Shown piece by piece: positions 24,171-36,847 of a stretch of DNA of 64,000 nt; the first letter of the stretch is position 1; each line of letters starts with the position of its first letter. Under the pieces are notes generated by a model. That model was not told where the DNA came from. It was given only the letters and a program-made list of their open reading frames with translations, and ran no database searches. The DNA is from Protoeuglena noctilucae (Eukaryota): NCBI GenBank assembly GCA_958009085.1, contig OY253677.1, positions 930,001 through 994,000 on the forward strand, in the 5' to 3' direction. The translations under genes and the position numbers were made by a program.

Positions 24171-27100
24171 ATGGAAGTGCCGGTCGCGCTGAGCGTCTTT
24201 GTCTGCCTAGCCCTCGTCTGCCTCTCCGCGCTCTTCTCCGGCCTGACGCTGGGTCTGCTTTCGCTTGACACCGTGGGCCTGCAGGTGACGGGGCGGCTCG
24301 TGCTTCGCGCCCCTCGCGTGCACATTGGCGGGCCCACCTCGTGCAGGGTCGAGCCGGCCTTCTGTTGCCTCGCCGCGTCCGCAGATCCTCGCTGACGTCG
24401 GGGACCCAGTGGAGCAGGAGTATGCGAAGGCGATTCTTCCCATCCGCCGCAACGGCAACCTCCTCCTGTGCACCCTCCTCGTCGGCAACACGACCACCAA
24501 TGCTTTCCTGTCCATCTTCCTGGCCGACCTCACTTCCGGCGCCGTCGGGCTGTTCGCCTCGACGGCGCTCATCGTCATCCTGGGCGAGATCACCCCCCAG
24601 TCGATATGCACGCGCCACGGCCTCTACGTCGGGGCCAAGACCATCGTCCTCACCCGCTTCTTCATGGCCGTCTTCTTCCCCGTCACGTGGCCGGTCGCCA
24701 AGGCCCTCGACTGGGCCCTCGGCCAGGAGGTCGGCACCATGTACAACAAGCAGGAGCTCAAGGCGAGGGTTCATGGCTCGCTGTGTGTGTGCCTCGTGCC
24801 CACGTGCCGTGCAGACAACTCACGCCGCCCATTCCTCCCCTGGTCCCCAGCGCCTGATCGAGCTGCACACCGAGCACCCCGCGGCGATGCTCGAGTCGGG
24901 CCTGACGCGGGACGAGCGCAACCTCCTGACGGGGGCCCTGGAGTACGCGCACAAGAAGGTCGCCGACGTGATGACCACGATCGACAACGTGTATATGGTG
25001 GAGGCCAGCACCAAGCTGGACTTCGACACCATGCTGGACATCTACAAGTGCGGGTACACGCGCATCCCGGTGTACGAGGGGCACCGGCAGAACATCGTCG
25101 GCATCCTCTACGTCAAGGCGAGGCCGGAAGGCTGCGATGCGCGACGGGCGCGGCCATGCTGGGTGGGGTGTCACCTCGCGCCCCCCTCTCGTCTTCTCAG
25201 GACCTCATCCTGGTGGACCCGGACGATGAGATGGAGGTGCGCACCATCATCTCGTTCAACGGGCGCACCCACCTGCGGTTCGTGATCGACACGACGCCCC
25301 TGAATGAGGCCATGTCTCTTTTCCAGGTGCGGTGCTGGGGTGGATGTGAAGCGGGGGACGACGCCGGTTGCGAGGGGTGACCGGTGCACGTCTTGCCTCG
25401 ACTGCTGCAGAAGTCCCACATCCACCTGATGATCGCCGTCAAGCTCATGACGACCTTCGACGAGATGAACGGCCTCACCGTGGCGTCCCCCACGTCCTTC
25501 GGTGGCAAGCGGCTGGACGACCTGCCCCAGGCCACGCGGCAGGTGACGGGCATCATCACCCTGGAGGACGTGCTGGAGGAGGTCATCAAGGCGGAGATCG
25601 TGGACGAGCACGACAACTACATCTCCAACAACAAGGGCGCCAGGGTCAAGTCGGCCAGGGGAGACGTGTCCAAGGTGGGACGTGTGGGGTTGCGATGGAC
25701 GCGCCGGGGTCGCTGAGGGCGTGGGAGAGGCAGCAGCATTGCCGGGGGTGCCCAGAGCGCCCCTGCCTCCCGTCCTGCACCCTGAAACCCCCTGCGCCCC
25801 CCCTTCGTCCCTCCCAGTACCTCTCGCTCTTCTCCCACAAGATCCGCGAGCAGACGCGGCTGACGCCCCAGGAGATCCAGGCCATCGCGGCATACGTGGC
25901 CTCAGCCATCCCGGAGTTCAAGCACTTCAAGGGGTCCGAGGCACTCATCAAGGTAAGCTGGGCCATACCATGCGGCTGTTGTTGTTGAGGGGTCGTTGCC
26001 GGAATAGTGCACCCCCCTGCCTCGTCTCGTGACCCCAGGGCCTGGTGCGCAACGGCCGCGTGGTGGAGGTGGACTAGTCCCCTCAGGAGGACGAGGACGG
26101 CAACGTGGCGCGGCCGGCCGCGATCGACGCCGAGCTCAACGCGTCGGTGATGCTCTACCAGCGCGGGGTCGCGTCCGACCGCTTCACCCTCGTGCTGCAG
26201 GGGGAGGTGGAGGTGCAGGCGGGCGAGGAGCGCTTCTCCTCCTCCCTGGGCCCATGGTCCTTCCTGGGGTCATCCGCCCTCCACCCGGGCCTCGCCTACG
26301 TCCCCGACTACACCGCCTACGCCGTCGGGCCCTGCCGCCTCGTGCAGATCGCGCGGCACGAGTTCCTGGCGGCGCTCAAGGCCGCGCAGGTGCAGACGGT
26401 CGTGGGGGCCAGGGCCATACGCAAGGTGGCCAGCGGGGCCCACGCGGACACGGTCATCAACGGGGCGCCCAGCGACGAGGGCACCGTCGAGGGGGGCGGC
26501 ACGTCGGTGAGGGGGCGCGGGGCGAGGGGAAGTAGCAAGCCATGCCATCTTCCAACCACTCACACCCGCGTCCCTCGTGACCCTTCGCAGCCGATGGCGC
26601 ATGCCTTGTCCCAGGGGGAGCACGCAGCCGTGGAGCGCGAGAGCGGCGAAGGGACGGGGGGCGCCGGGGTTTTCTCGACTCCCCAGGGTGCGTCGGCGAG
26701 GGCGGCGGGGCGCGCCCCCCTGAGTATACAGCTGCCCGGGGGGCGCGACGCTCCCCGGACCGGGCCCACCGGTGCGAGCCCGAACGTGGGGGTCGCGGTC
26801 GGCGCCACCCCCGCGATGCCGTCCGCGACGCGCTTCCGGCTGTGGAGCGCGACGCGGGGCGCCCCCTCGGCCCCAGCGGAGTGGGACACGGAGGACGGCG
26901 ACGAGGGGGGGAGGCTGCTGGGGGGCGGGGACGGGCCGCAACCGCTGTCGGACGGGCCGGGGAGCGGGGAGCGGGGCGTGGGGACGGGGCGGCGGAGCTC
27001 GCGCAAGGGGACTGGGAGTGGGAACGGCTTCTGGGGCCTGGGCAGCAAGGGTGCCTTCCAGGCTGTGAACGGGGATCCGGACGAGGAGCGGGGCGGGTGA
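24171..27100 (+). CDS. CNNM: CNNM/CorC-family Mg2+ transporter (DUF21 + CBS pair + cyclic-nucleotide-binding-homology domain)
   Basis: LSALFSGLTLGLLSLD, GNLLLCTLLVGN, ILGEITPQSIC, GALEY..KKVADVMT, GYTRIPVY, IVGILYVK|DLILVDP, GIITLEDVLEEVIKAEIVDE, LYQRG...FTLVLQGEVEV. In-frame TAG at 26075. Confidence 0.92.
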
Positions 27101-27302
27101 TTTGAGAGCGCACGCCTGCATAGCATGTATGTATGTCCCATGTCACTCACTCCCTTGCACTCGCGTAGCATAGCCCCGGGTTTGTGCGCGGTTGAGAGCG
27201 TCAAACGCGCGCAACTCGGTTGATTGAAACGTGGCTCGGTTGGCGCTAGGTATTGGGGTACTTGGGCTACGTGGGGCCTAGAGCTGCTAATCAGTCTAGG
27301 AG

Positions 27303-27307
27303 TGTAA
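27303..27307 (+). promoter_or_regulatory. Chlorophyte-type poly(A) signal TGTAA for CNNM
   Basis: TGTAA about 200 nt downstream of the CNNM stop, in an AT-richer 3' region. Confidence 0.5.
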
Positions 27308-27416
27308 TGAGTGCGACGCAAATAGACGTCAGTGGGGCGACCCTGTGGTCCTCCAAACAGGCGGGGGTCTCTGGTCCGGAAACATGCGAAAAAGTATGCG
27401 AAACTCGACGACGCTG

Positions 27417-28753
27417 CTAGGCGGGCCCAGACACCTCCCTGGCGCGGAGAGGCCCTGGCTCCGCGTCCTTGGCAGGCGTCGACGGGGGCCGGTCGGAGCG
27501 GACCGTCCTAGCGAGCTCAGCAACCTCGGGCCACATCGCCCCCGACGACCCGCGGGCGCTGGGGCTGCACAGCCGCAGGGACTGGGCCCCCCCGAGGGCC
27601 CGCCCCCCGGGGATCCACGTGTCGGTGGCCGCCGCGTCGCTGCCGGGCCCCTCCGCCCCGGCACGCGACGACACGTGCAGCCGCGACAGGCCGCGGCTCT
27701 CGGACTTCCACCGCCGGGGCTGCGGGGCGCTCGCGGACGGGGCGTCCTCCGCCCTCCCCGGCTCCGGGCTCCCGTCCGCGTCCGACCGCCGGCCCACCAA
27801 GCGGCCCGCCGACGCCGCCATGTCGCTGGGACCCTGGGGGGCGGCGCCGTGGCTGCGGCTGCCGCCCGGATGCGTGGCTGGCACGGGGGCGGAGGACCGG
27901 CCCCGGGCGAAGGTGACCGGGAGGGACCACGGCGGCGTGAGGGATGCGGACAGGGGCGACAGAGGCGGGGGCCGGCTCCACGGAAGCGACCCGCCCAGGA
28001 AGGCGGGGCCCGGCGGTGAGGTCGGGGAGGCGCCGCGGATGCCGGGACGCTCGGCGGTGGGGGACGCCTCTCGCGCCGGGTTGGTGCCAAACTCGGGGGA
28101 GCGCCCCCCCTGGGGCCTGGCCGGTGCGCCCGCGTGGGTGGGAACGACGCACGGCAGGGCGCGGGACACGCGCTCGGCCACGGCGTCGTCTGCGTCGTCC
28201 TCCCCGTCCCAGCCTGTGCGGGGTGAGGACCGGTGCCTGAGCCTGTGCCCGTCATACAGCCACAACACCGGGTGCCCTGCGTGCCCCTCCATCTCACCTG
28301 CGCTCGTCTCCTGCATCGCCTCGGAGTGCGACCTCTCCTTCACCCCGTGGAGCGCCCTGCCCCGCCCCCAGTCGTCCTCCGTGACGGCCCAGAGCCCCGG
28401 GAGGGTCTGCGCGGCCTGGCGGCGCACCGTGGGCACGACGCACCCCTTCAATTTCACGAGGCTGTCCCAGTCGATGTCCTCCTCCGACGCCCGGCTCGAC
28501 TCCTCCAGCGCGTCGATCAGGTCTCCCAGGCCCACCCCGACGGCCATGTCGTCCCACCGGGCCTCACGCGCCACCACATCCGACAGATACCGCTCGTCCC
28601 ATATCCCACCTGGGAGAGCCGAGGTCCGCGGCGAGTCAGGCGCAACGACGGCGAACTCCCCGTGCATCGCCAGCGTGAGCCCAGCGGCCTACCTGAGGAA
28701 GCCTCGCTGGAGCGCTCAGGGCTGGCGGCGGCCGTCTCGACGAGTTTGCGCAT
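27417..28753 (-). CDS. Hypothetical protein, largely low-complexity
   Basis: 416-aa ORF (GGIWDERYLSDVVAREARWDD...IDWDSLVKLKGCVVP) joined to a short first exon MRKLVETAAAS... by a GT-AG intron. Confidence 0.4.
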
Positions 28754-29483
28754 CCCATGACTCGGCTGGGAAGCAAACTTAGTGACCGCCCGCGCCCTGG
28801 GGGGTGCGCGCTCGCTCACTGAGCGGTGCGGAGGGTGGTTTTTGGGAGCCCCTGCGCGATTGGACGGCGAAGGGCCAATGCGTGTGCATGAGCAAACCCC
28901 CTGACGAGTACAAGATCCACGGAGCGGAGCGCATACGGGCATCGCGCGTCCCCGGACTGCCAAACAGAGGCGCGAGGTGCGAGGCTCCCTCCCCATCCGC
29001 TCCGCCGAGCACCTGCCGAACGCGCCGGCTCGGACACCTCCTTCAGCTGTTCTCCAGCCTTTTCGTCATCAATCCTGTCGGGACGACGCCCCGCAGAGAC
29101 GGTTAACGCACCCGAGCGCCCCATGAAAGCATCATGTGCGCTGGCGCGACTGCAGCGGTCAAAACCGCGTGCATGTGCGCTGGCGGCGCGCAGGGGAATG
29201 AACAAGGTTAGGCTTGGACAAAACGTCAGAATGGCATCCCGATGGGGAGGTCCGAGTGCAGGCGCTGCGGTGTAAGATTTCACCTCCGTATCCTGGCGGC
29301 CGTGGGGGTTCGCATCGCCGTGGCTTGGACGGGCCGCGGACCAGCACCTTGAGCCAGCTTCGCGTGCGCTCACATCGTTGACTGACGCATGTAGGGGCAT
29401 CCGCGCCCACCCCATTTAGAGTCAGTGTGCTTGCTATCGTGGCGCTGCTGGGAAGGCCTTGGCGGAGAGGAGCAGGACGGAAA

Positions 29484-32400
29484 ATGCGCTGCGGGGCAGC
29501 AAGGTCGAGTTGCCGTCCCGGCCCGGGCCTACGCGGAGGGAACGGGGTCATACTTCTTTTCATCGTCGTTCTCGTGGCCTGCATAGCTACCGCGCACGGT
29601 GCGTGCGTGGGCAGCGTGCCTGGTTATCGCACTCACATGCTCTGCGCGCAGGTGACCCAAGAGCGGCCTATCTGCTCCCCTCCGCAGCCACGTGCACCCT
29701 TGGGTGTCCGGTGGGGACATGGAAAGACACCTCGCTGTGCCCCCTCACCAACATCTATGGCATTGCGCTCCCTTGCGTCAAGCCCCAGTGGGGAGGGGGG
29801 GCCATATGCACCTGCTGCGCCGATTCGTACGTCATTGGGTGAGGCGCCAGCATGGGACTGCGCGTGACACACACGGCATTGCACAGGCTGTGGGTCAGCA
29901 CTGCCTGCTGCTCGCCCTACCCTCTACGCAGGTGCCTGGGGGCGTCGAATGCTTTCACGCCCCCGCCACCACCTCCGCCCCCGCCTCCTGCGACGCCCGC
30001 CCCCGGCACTACTTTCACTGTCACGCTTGCCAACGCTGGCTCGGCCGTCGCCTTCACTCCCCAGCAGGCGAGCACCTCCTGCTCGCCCTGGCAGAGACTG
30101 CTACCACCACTGGCTATCCGACCAACCAGATGTCCCCGCCATGTCCCCGCCCGCAGACGGTGGTCGTGACCACGAGTGCCCCAGTCACCATGGCGTCCTC
30201 GTCCACCACCACGCTGCTGACCATCACGTACAGCACCAGGTTGGTCAAGACCGATGCATGGCTTCGTGCGATCAGCCGTGCCACGCGCATGTCTAGCCAA
30301 GCCTCTTGCGCATCGCCCCGCAGTGGGTGGACGGCCTCGGAGGCGTCGTACGTCTTCCAGGACTCGTCCGGGAACACCGTGGGGAAGGCCCCGACGGACG
30401 CGGCCCTGCAGACGCAGCCCTTCACCTCCGTCTCCATCACCCTGACCTGGGCCGGCCCCTCTTCGGGTACGCACGCGGCAAACATCAGCCGCAGAGCATG
30501 CTTGGGGGACTGAGGGGTTAGAGTTCGCTCATGCTTCTGCTGGCTGGTCGGCAGCCGTAAGTGTTCTCGACATGCTCCCTCCCCTCAGGTACGCCCCTGG
30601 CCCTGGGCGTGGCTTACCTGGACGCGGGCGTCTTTGTCGCCTCGGGGGGCGTCAACGTGACCAGCAACGCGGTGCGGGTGGGGTACGACGGCGTGGACCC
30701 CACCGTGACGTTCTCCGCCCCCCAGGTCAACAACGGCTACGCCAGCGACCTCTCCATCGCCGTGGAGATGGACCTGAGCGGCCCCGCGTACGGGTGGCAG
30801 TGGTCGAAGTTGAACCTCACGGGCGGGACCATCACGTACCCCACCCCCACGCTCGCCAGCACCATGGAGGCGTCGTCCATCTTCAGCATGGTGCTCACCT
30901 TCGACCACAGCGGGGGACCATCGCGCTGGGCGTGCCGGCGGGCACGTTTACCGACGAGTACGGCCGCAGCAACGCGGCGGCGTCCCNNNNNNNNNNNNNN
31001 NNNNNNNNNNNNNNNNNNNNNNNNNNNNNNNNNNNNNNNNNNNNNNNNNNNNNNNNNNNNNNNNNNNNNNNNNNNNNNNNNNNNNNNNNNNNNNNNNNNN
31101 NNNNNNNNNNNNNNNNNNNNNNNNNNNNNNNNNNNNNNNNNNNNNNNNNNNNNNNNNNNNNNNNNNNNNNNNNNNNNNNNNNNNNNGGGCGTGGTGGTCG
31201 TCGGCGTGGCGGGCGCCCGCGCGGCCGGCGCCGGTCTCTGGTCCTGGTGGGGCAGGCGGCGGGGCCGGGACCCTGCTCAGGTCGCGGCGTCCCTCCCCGC
31301 CACGCTCCTCTTCCCCAAGCCCGAGCTCATGGCCTTCGCGGCCACCATGAGCGGCGTCACCAACGCGTGCGGGGCGCTCGTGTCCCTCCGCACGGCCGCG
31401 GGCGTCGCGGTGGGCGTCGCCGTCATGGCCGCCTGGAACCTCCCCTTCGTGGGGTTCGTCACGTGGTGGGTGCTGCTGCGGTGGGTGGCCCGGGACCGCC
31501 GCGCCACCTTCGTGGTCGAGGAGGACGAGCTGGGGCAGAGCAAGGACCGCCGCTCCGTGGCCTTCATCCCCGGGGAGTGGCGCGACGCCGACCCCAAGAC
31601 GCGCTTCCTCGACCGCTACGGCCACCTGTTCACCGCCTTCGCGGGGCCGTCCGAGGTCGAGCGCGAGTGGGTGGAGGAGCGCAGGGGGATGGCCGAGGCC
31701 CAGCAGCGGCTGCGGGAGGCGGCGGCGCAAGTGCGGCTGCGGGTGGCCCCGGGGGAGGTCGAGCCGGGGGAGGGGGGGGCCCAGGCGGGGGACGACGCCG
31801 AGGACCCCAATGCGGCCTTCATGGGCCCCGTGGCCGTCGAGGAGCGGCGGGGCCACGTGGCGGGGAAAGTGGCGACGGGGGACGCGGGCCACGGCCTGGC
31901 ACGGGGCCACTCGCTGCGCGGGGCGGGGCCGGCGCGCCGCGTGGCGATGCGGGTGCTTGCGGCGTGGCGGGTGATGCCCTTCGAGGTGCGGCTGCTGTCG
32001 TGGACGGCGTCCTCCCTCAAGACGGTGGCCGTGGCGCTGCTGTCGGGCCTGGCCGGGGTGTCGCCGCGCGCCTGCACGGCCGCCATCGCCGCCGTGGCGG
32101 TGGGCCACGCGGGTATGACCATCACCTGGTGCCCCTTCACGGAGGCGGGGGAGCTGGCGACGGAGATCGCCAGCGTGCTGATCGAGGCCCTCAACGCCAC
32201 GCTGGTGTGCTCCATCGCCTTCGCCCCCTCCCTGGCCAACTCCCGCGTCGTCGACGCCGTCATGGTCGGCCTCACCCTCGTGCTCCTCGTCGTGCACATG
32301 GGGTATCAGGCCTACATGCTCCTCGTCGTGCGGATCATGGCGCGCTTCTACCGCGACAACCGAGTGAGGCAGCGGGCGCGCATGCGTGTTAGCAGGGGCG

Positions 32401-32649
32401 TATGCGTATGGCTGGGGTCCTTTACGCGCCCCGGGGAACAGTGGCGCCTGGCGATGCTATCATCTTCTGTCACGTGCCTTGCAGATCCTGAGCAAGGCCA
32501 AGGCCCGGGAGGTGGAGGAGGCGATGCGGGGGCGTGAGGAGGATCTGCAGGAGAAGCGGGGAGGCAAGCACGCGGGGGCGGGAGGGGAGAGGCACGCCGG
32601 CGCCGTGTTTGACGGGAAGACCAAAGTGGTGGACGGGGTGGACGTGTGA
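29484..32649 (+). CDS. Secreted/membrane protein: signal peptide, Cys-rich and poly-Pro segments, bacterial Ig-like (Big) domain, multi-pass TM C-terminus (spans an assembly gap)
   Basis: Hydrophobic leader VILLFIVVLVACIATAH; Cys-rich exon; TPPPPPPPPPP; YDGVDPTVTFS...TIALGVPAGTFTDEYGRSN (Big-like); after the gap, several TM helices and FLDRYGHLF. Confidence 0.55.
30987..31186. other. Assembly gap (200 N)
   Basis: Run of N. Confidence 0.99.
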
Positions 32650-32844
32650 TGGGGCCCTCTTGAGGCAAGAGTTGCCTCCGTAACGCAGAGTTAGTTTCAG
32701 CCATTTCCCACGCAGAGCAGACACCTATACGTACTCTTAGCGCACTCAGGTTCCGTAGCCCATGCAGTTTTGACGTTTCATCTGAATTGATGAGCCGACA
32801 CGGCAGGGCCGGGACAAGCAGCGTCGCAGCTACCCTAGCGGCTC

Positions 32845-35800
32845 GTGCCGTGCGACTCCCCCAGCAGACCCAGCGCCCCCGCGACTGCGTCAGCCCCAGC
32901 CCCGGCGGTCACGAACGCCGTGTCCCACCCCAGCAGCGCGCGCACCTCCCTGCGCAGGCGACCCCGCCAGTGCATGCGCTGCCCGGCCCCCTCCCGGAAG
33001 AACCACGCCACGTCACCCGCAGCCTCCACGGCCAGCCCCGAGGGCCCCGCGCCCACCACGCACGGCGCGGCGTCGAAGGCGGGGCGCGCGGCGATAGGCC
33101 CGGCCATCCAGGGGGGGAGCGTGGTGTCTGCCACTGCGGCCGGGAGAGGCTCCAGACCGCCGAGTCCCCGGACGGGGGTGTCGGGATGGCATGCCGCAGC
33201 GACGCTGGCAACGAGGGAGTCATCGTGACACGCACTGCGGGAGGGGAGACGAGAGTCGGCGAGAATGATCCAACCACCCACCGGACGCAGCACCCGGCAG
33301 CAACCCAGGAGCAATGCATGCCACCCCTGTGCCTTGCCTGTCACGCTCCCACAGCGCCTCCACGGCGTTGCCCTCCCCGAAGGAGTCCCACAGTCGCTGG
33401 AAGACATCGATGGCAGGCAGCGCCCTGGCACCCCCGCACGGCACGGACAGCAGCGCCGCCTCGGCCAGGTCGGCGTGGCCCGCGGCTGCCAGGCGCAGGA
33501 GCAGGGGCACGGTCCAGGCGGCAGCCGCACGCATGTCAGCCAAAGACGCGAACAGAGGGGCCCCGCCCCCCTCCAGCGCCACGTGCACCAGCGCCACGCA
33601 CTGCGGCAGGTCCCCCCGCACCGTGGCCGCCCACAGGGACGCGGGGGTGGGGTCCGACGCCAGCGCCCGCAGCCGCTCCCCCGCCACCGAAGCCCCGGCC
33701 ACCCCAGCCGCGGACGCGTGCACCAGCACCTCCCCCGCGTCCCTCAGCCACGCTTCCTCAGCCCCCCCGCTGCCTTCGCGGGACGCGGCCAGCACCTGGG
33801 CCGCCAGGTCCACCGCGCGGTCGCCCGGCCACACCCCCGTCTCCGCCGCGGCACGCGCCAGGGACAGGGCGTGGCCGGCGTGGAGCCACCACAGCCGCTG
33901 CGGATGCCGGGGCCCCGCCAGAACGCTGGACAGGGACTGGGCGGCACCCGCGAGGACCTCAGCCGCCGCGGGGGGGCACGCGCGGGTGGGGAGGGGGCAC
34001 GGCACCCGCACGTGCGCCAAACCCTGCCGAGGACCCGCATGGCTTAGCACCGACGCTTCGCCCGGTCCCCGCAGGGCCTCGGCTACGGCGGCGCGGGAGG
34101 CGGCCGTCACGCGGGCGACGCCCTGGGTCATGGGCAGAAGCACGCGCTCAAAGTCGGAGAGGAGGAGGAAGCGCTTGGTGACACGGCTGGAGGATACCAT
34201 GGACCCTTCCTGTGCGGCCCCGCGCGGTGCGCTCGCCGCCCCACCGTCGCGGAGGTGCGCGACGGCCGGGCGGCAGAGGGCCTCCAGGTCGCGGTCGGAG
34301 AGGGGCAAGCCCAGGGCGGCCGCGGCGCCGGGGAGCCGCGCTGAGAATTCCGCGGGGAGCTTCGCCGGGGACTGCCACGGGCGGGGCGCCCCGGGAGAGG
34401 GCCCTGCTGCCCTGGCATCATCAGCGCTGTCGGCTGCCACGGCATCCGCCAGCGTCGCCAGGAGCGCAGTCAGGTCGTCCCGCACCCACTCCGCGGCTGC
34501 CCGCCACGCCTCGCCCTCTGGCCCCTCGCACCGCTTCGCCAGGCCCACCAGGACCTCTGCGGCCCCCACGGGGTCTCCAGCCACGCGTGCTGCACTGACG
34601 GCCGCCGCCACCGCCAGACCGTGCCCCTCCCCCGCCAGGTGCGCGCAGACGAGGAGATCACGGGCGTCGCCTGGGCTCAAAGGCTCATCGCCAGGCGAGG
34701 GCAGGCGGTGGATGGCGGCACGGGCTGCCGCCTGCAGCGCCACTGCAGCCCGGCCGCCGCCGCCACGCCCTGCGCGGGACAGGGCCGCGATGGCGCGGAT
34801 GGCCAGCGGGAGGTGGACGCGCCCCCTTGGCCAGTCCCCGTCCAGCTGCCCTGGCCCATCCACCGCGCCGCCCTCCCTGCTCCACGTGCCCAGGACCACC
34901 TGTTCCTCTGACAGGTACGCCAGCACGACGTCGGACAGCCTCTCATGCGTGCTGGGGTCCAGGGTGGCGCCACTGGGAGTGCACAGGACGCCACGCTGTT
35001 TGTCAATGGGCATGCGTGGGTAGGGAACCGATGCGCCATGCGCAGGCGCCACCCTCACCTGTGCAACAGGCGCACGGCGCCCTCCAGCAGACACGACGCG
35101 GCGTCGCGCCACGCCTGCCGCGCGCCCCTGCCCTTCCGCGCCAGTGCCGCGGCCGCCATGGGGACGGCCTCCGCTAAACACGGCCCCGCCTCCACCCCCA
35201 CTGCCAGAGCCCCCCGCAGCACCTCGGCCCACATGCCCGCGCCCAGGGCCCCCTTCCCTGCCTCCGCCGCGTACGCCACCGCTGCCCGCGCGTCACCCCA
35301 CACCAGGCACGCCTTGACGCGGCCCTCGGGGGTCGCCCGCTGCAGCGTCGCGGCCTGGGCCTCCCCTTCCACGGCCGCCAGCGACGCGGCGGGGAGCGCG
35401 GGGGCCACCGCGCGCACCACCAGGGCCACGTAGTCCTGCGATGATAGCAGACGCGACGTGAACAAACAAACAGAGAAGGGAGGTTCCGAGCGCAGCTGTG
35501 CTGCAGCCACGTCTCACCGGCCAGGGCAGCAGCCCCGCGAGCAGAAGCGTCTCCATGGAGTCCCCTGGGGCCTCGCCCCGCGTCCAGGCGTCCACGCTCG
35601 GGGCCAGGCGCCCGGCCACGTCCCTCGCGGCCGCCACCAGCTCCTCAGGAGGGGGCCTGCAGACGGGAAGCGGAGCTTGGAGGTGTGGGGCCACAGTAGC
35701 AGTCGCGTCGCAGAAAGATGCATTGAGAGTTGCGCCACACAAGCCATCACTCACATGACCGCTCGCGCCGCTGCAGAGGGCAGGGCCGGCCGGGCACTCT

Positions 35801-36696
35801 TGGCCTGGCGCTGGCGGTCCACCCGTCTTGGCCCCGCGCTGCGCACGAGCTCAAAGGGCGGGACGCCCAGCTGCAGCGACACGCCATAGCCGCCGAATGT
35901 GGGCCCCACCTCCTCCCCCGCGCGCGTGCTGAAGGCGGGCGGGCGACCTGACACGACGCCCGGGAAGACGCCCACCCCTGGGCCCCTCCGCTCCATCGCG
36001 TGCGCGCCGCGCCACACGCCGTCGCTTGAAAGGAAGCCATAGCACCGCATATCTCCACATTGTGCTTGCGATCCCGCCACAGACAGCCCGTGGCCGCCCC
36101 CACCACTCATGGCCGGGGACACGAGAGGGCCCAGCAGCGTGTCGCGTGCCGCAACCTCCCCAAGGATGAGTTGGAACGGAGGTATTCCTGGCACGCCGAT
36201 ATCCGCCTCCATGCGCGGCCCCATCCGGCCCGCCGGCGCCATCGCGGACCCCCGCACCTGCGCTCAAAGCACGCAAGGCTGCCGTCGCGCGCTGAGGCTT
36301 GCGACCGCCACGTCGACGGCACATCGCTACCCAATGCATGGGGATCGAGGCATCGCCGCAGTCTCACCTGGTAGAGAGCGCGCGGGTACTTCCATGCATG
36401 CGGGGACGGCGGCGGGTGGCTGGGCCAGGGCGCGCCTGGCCGGTTCGGTGGGCCGCGGGCGCCAATTGGACCACCTCCGTAGCGTCCTTGAAAAATCCAT
36501 CGCGCCGTGTGGCCGGGAACGCGGACACCGTGCCCTGAGGGTCCGAGAAACGGTGAAGAGTGATGGGCCCTGCACGCTCGCACACGAGGGTCGACCCGCT
36601 GAACAGCAACCAACAAGCCGCACCTGGTGCACTGCTGGATGCGACAAACAGTCGCTGCAAGCAGCACGTGTGGCCGCTGAACGCCCACGTCGTCAT
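32845..36696 (-). CDS. Large hypothetical protein (Ala/Leu-rich, probably alpha-solenoid, multi-exon)
   Basis: Long minus-strand ORFs (33220-35232, 35055-35510, 35293-35754, 35751-36257, 36364-37023) separated by plausible GT-AG introns. No family recognised. Boundaries rough. Confidence 0.45.
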
Positions 36697-36847
36697 GGCA
36701 GGCCCCCAGGCCTGTGCAGCGCGCCCCAGTGAGGCATCCGCTGTAGGTATCAGCAGACCAAGGAAAACAGGAGACTGGGTGAGCCCCACGGGGGAACCAC
36801 GCAACAGCCACTGGACTCGAGAACTCGGGATGTCCTTTGCTGAGAAA

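Noticed and set aside
26075..26077. TAR-to-Gln alternative genetic code (as in some ulvophytes)
   Set aside because: RPS25 and other genes end in TAG and LHCBM ends in TAA at expected C-termini. I found no other in-frame TAR in conserved exons.
28690..28758. MGCANS N-myristoylation/palmitoylation-like start on the minus strand
   Set aside because: With the evident splice sites this frame does not join the long ORF. The adjacent ATG (MRKLV) does.
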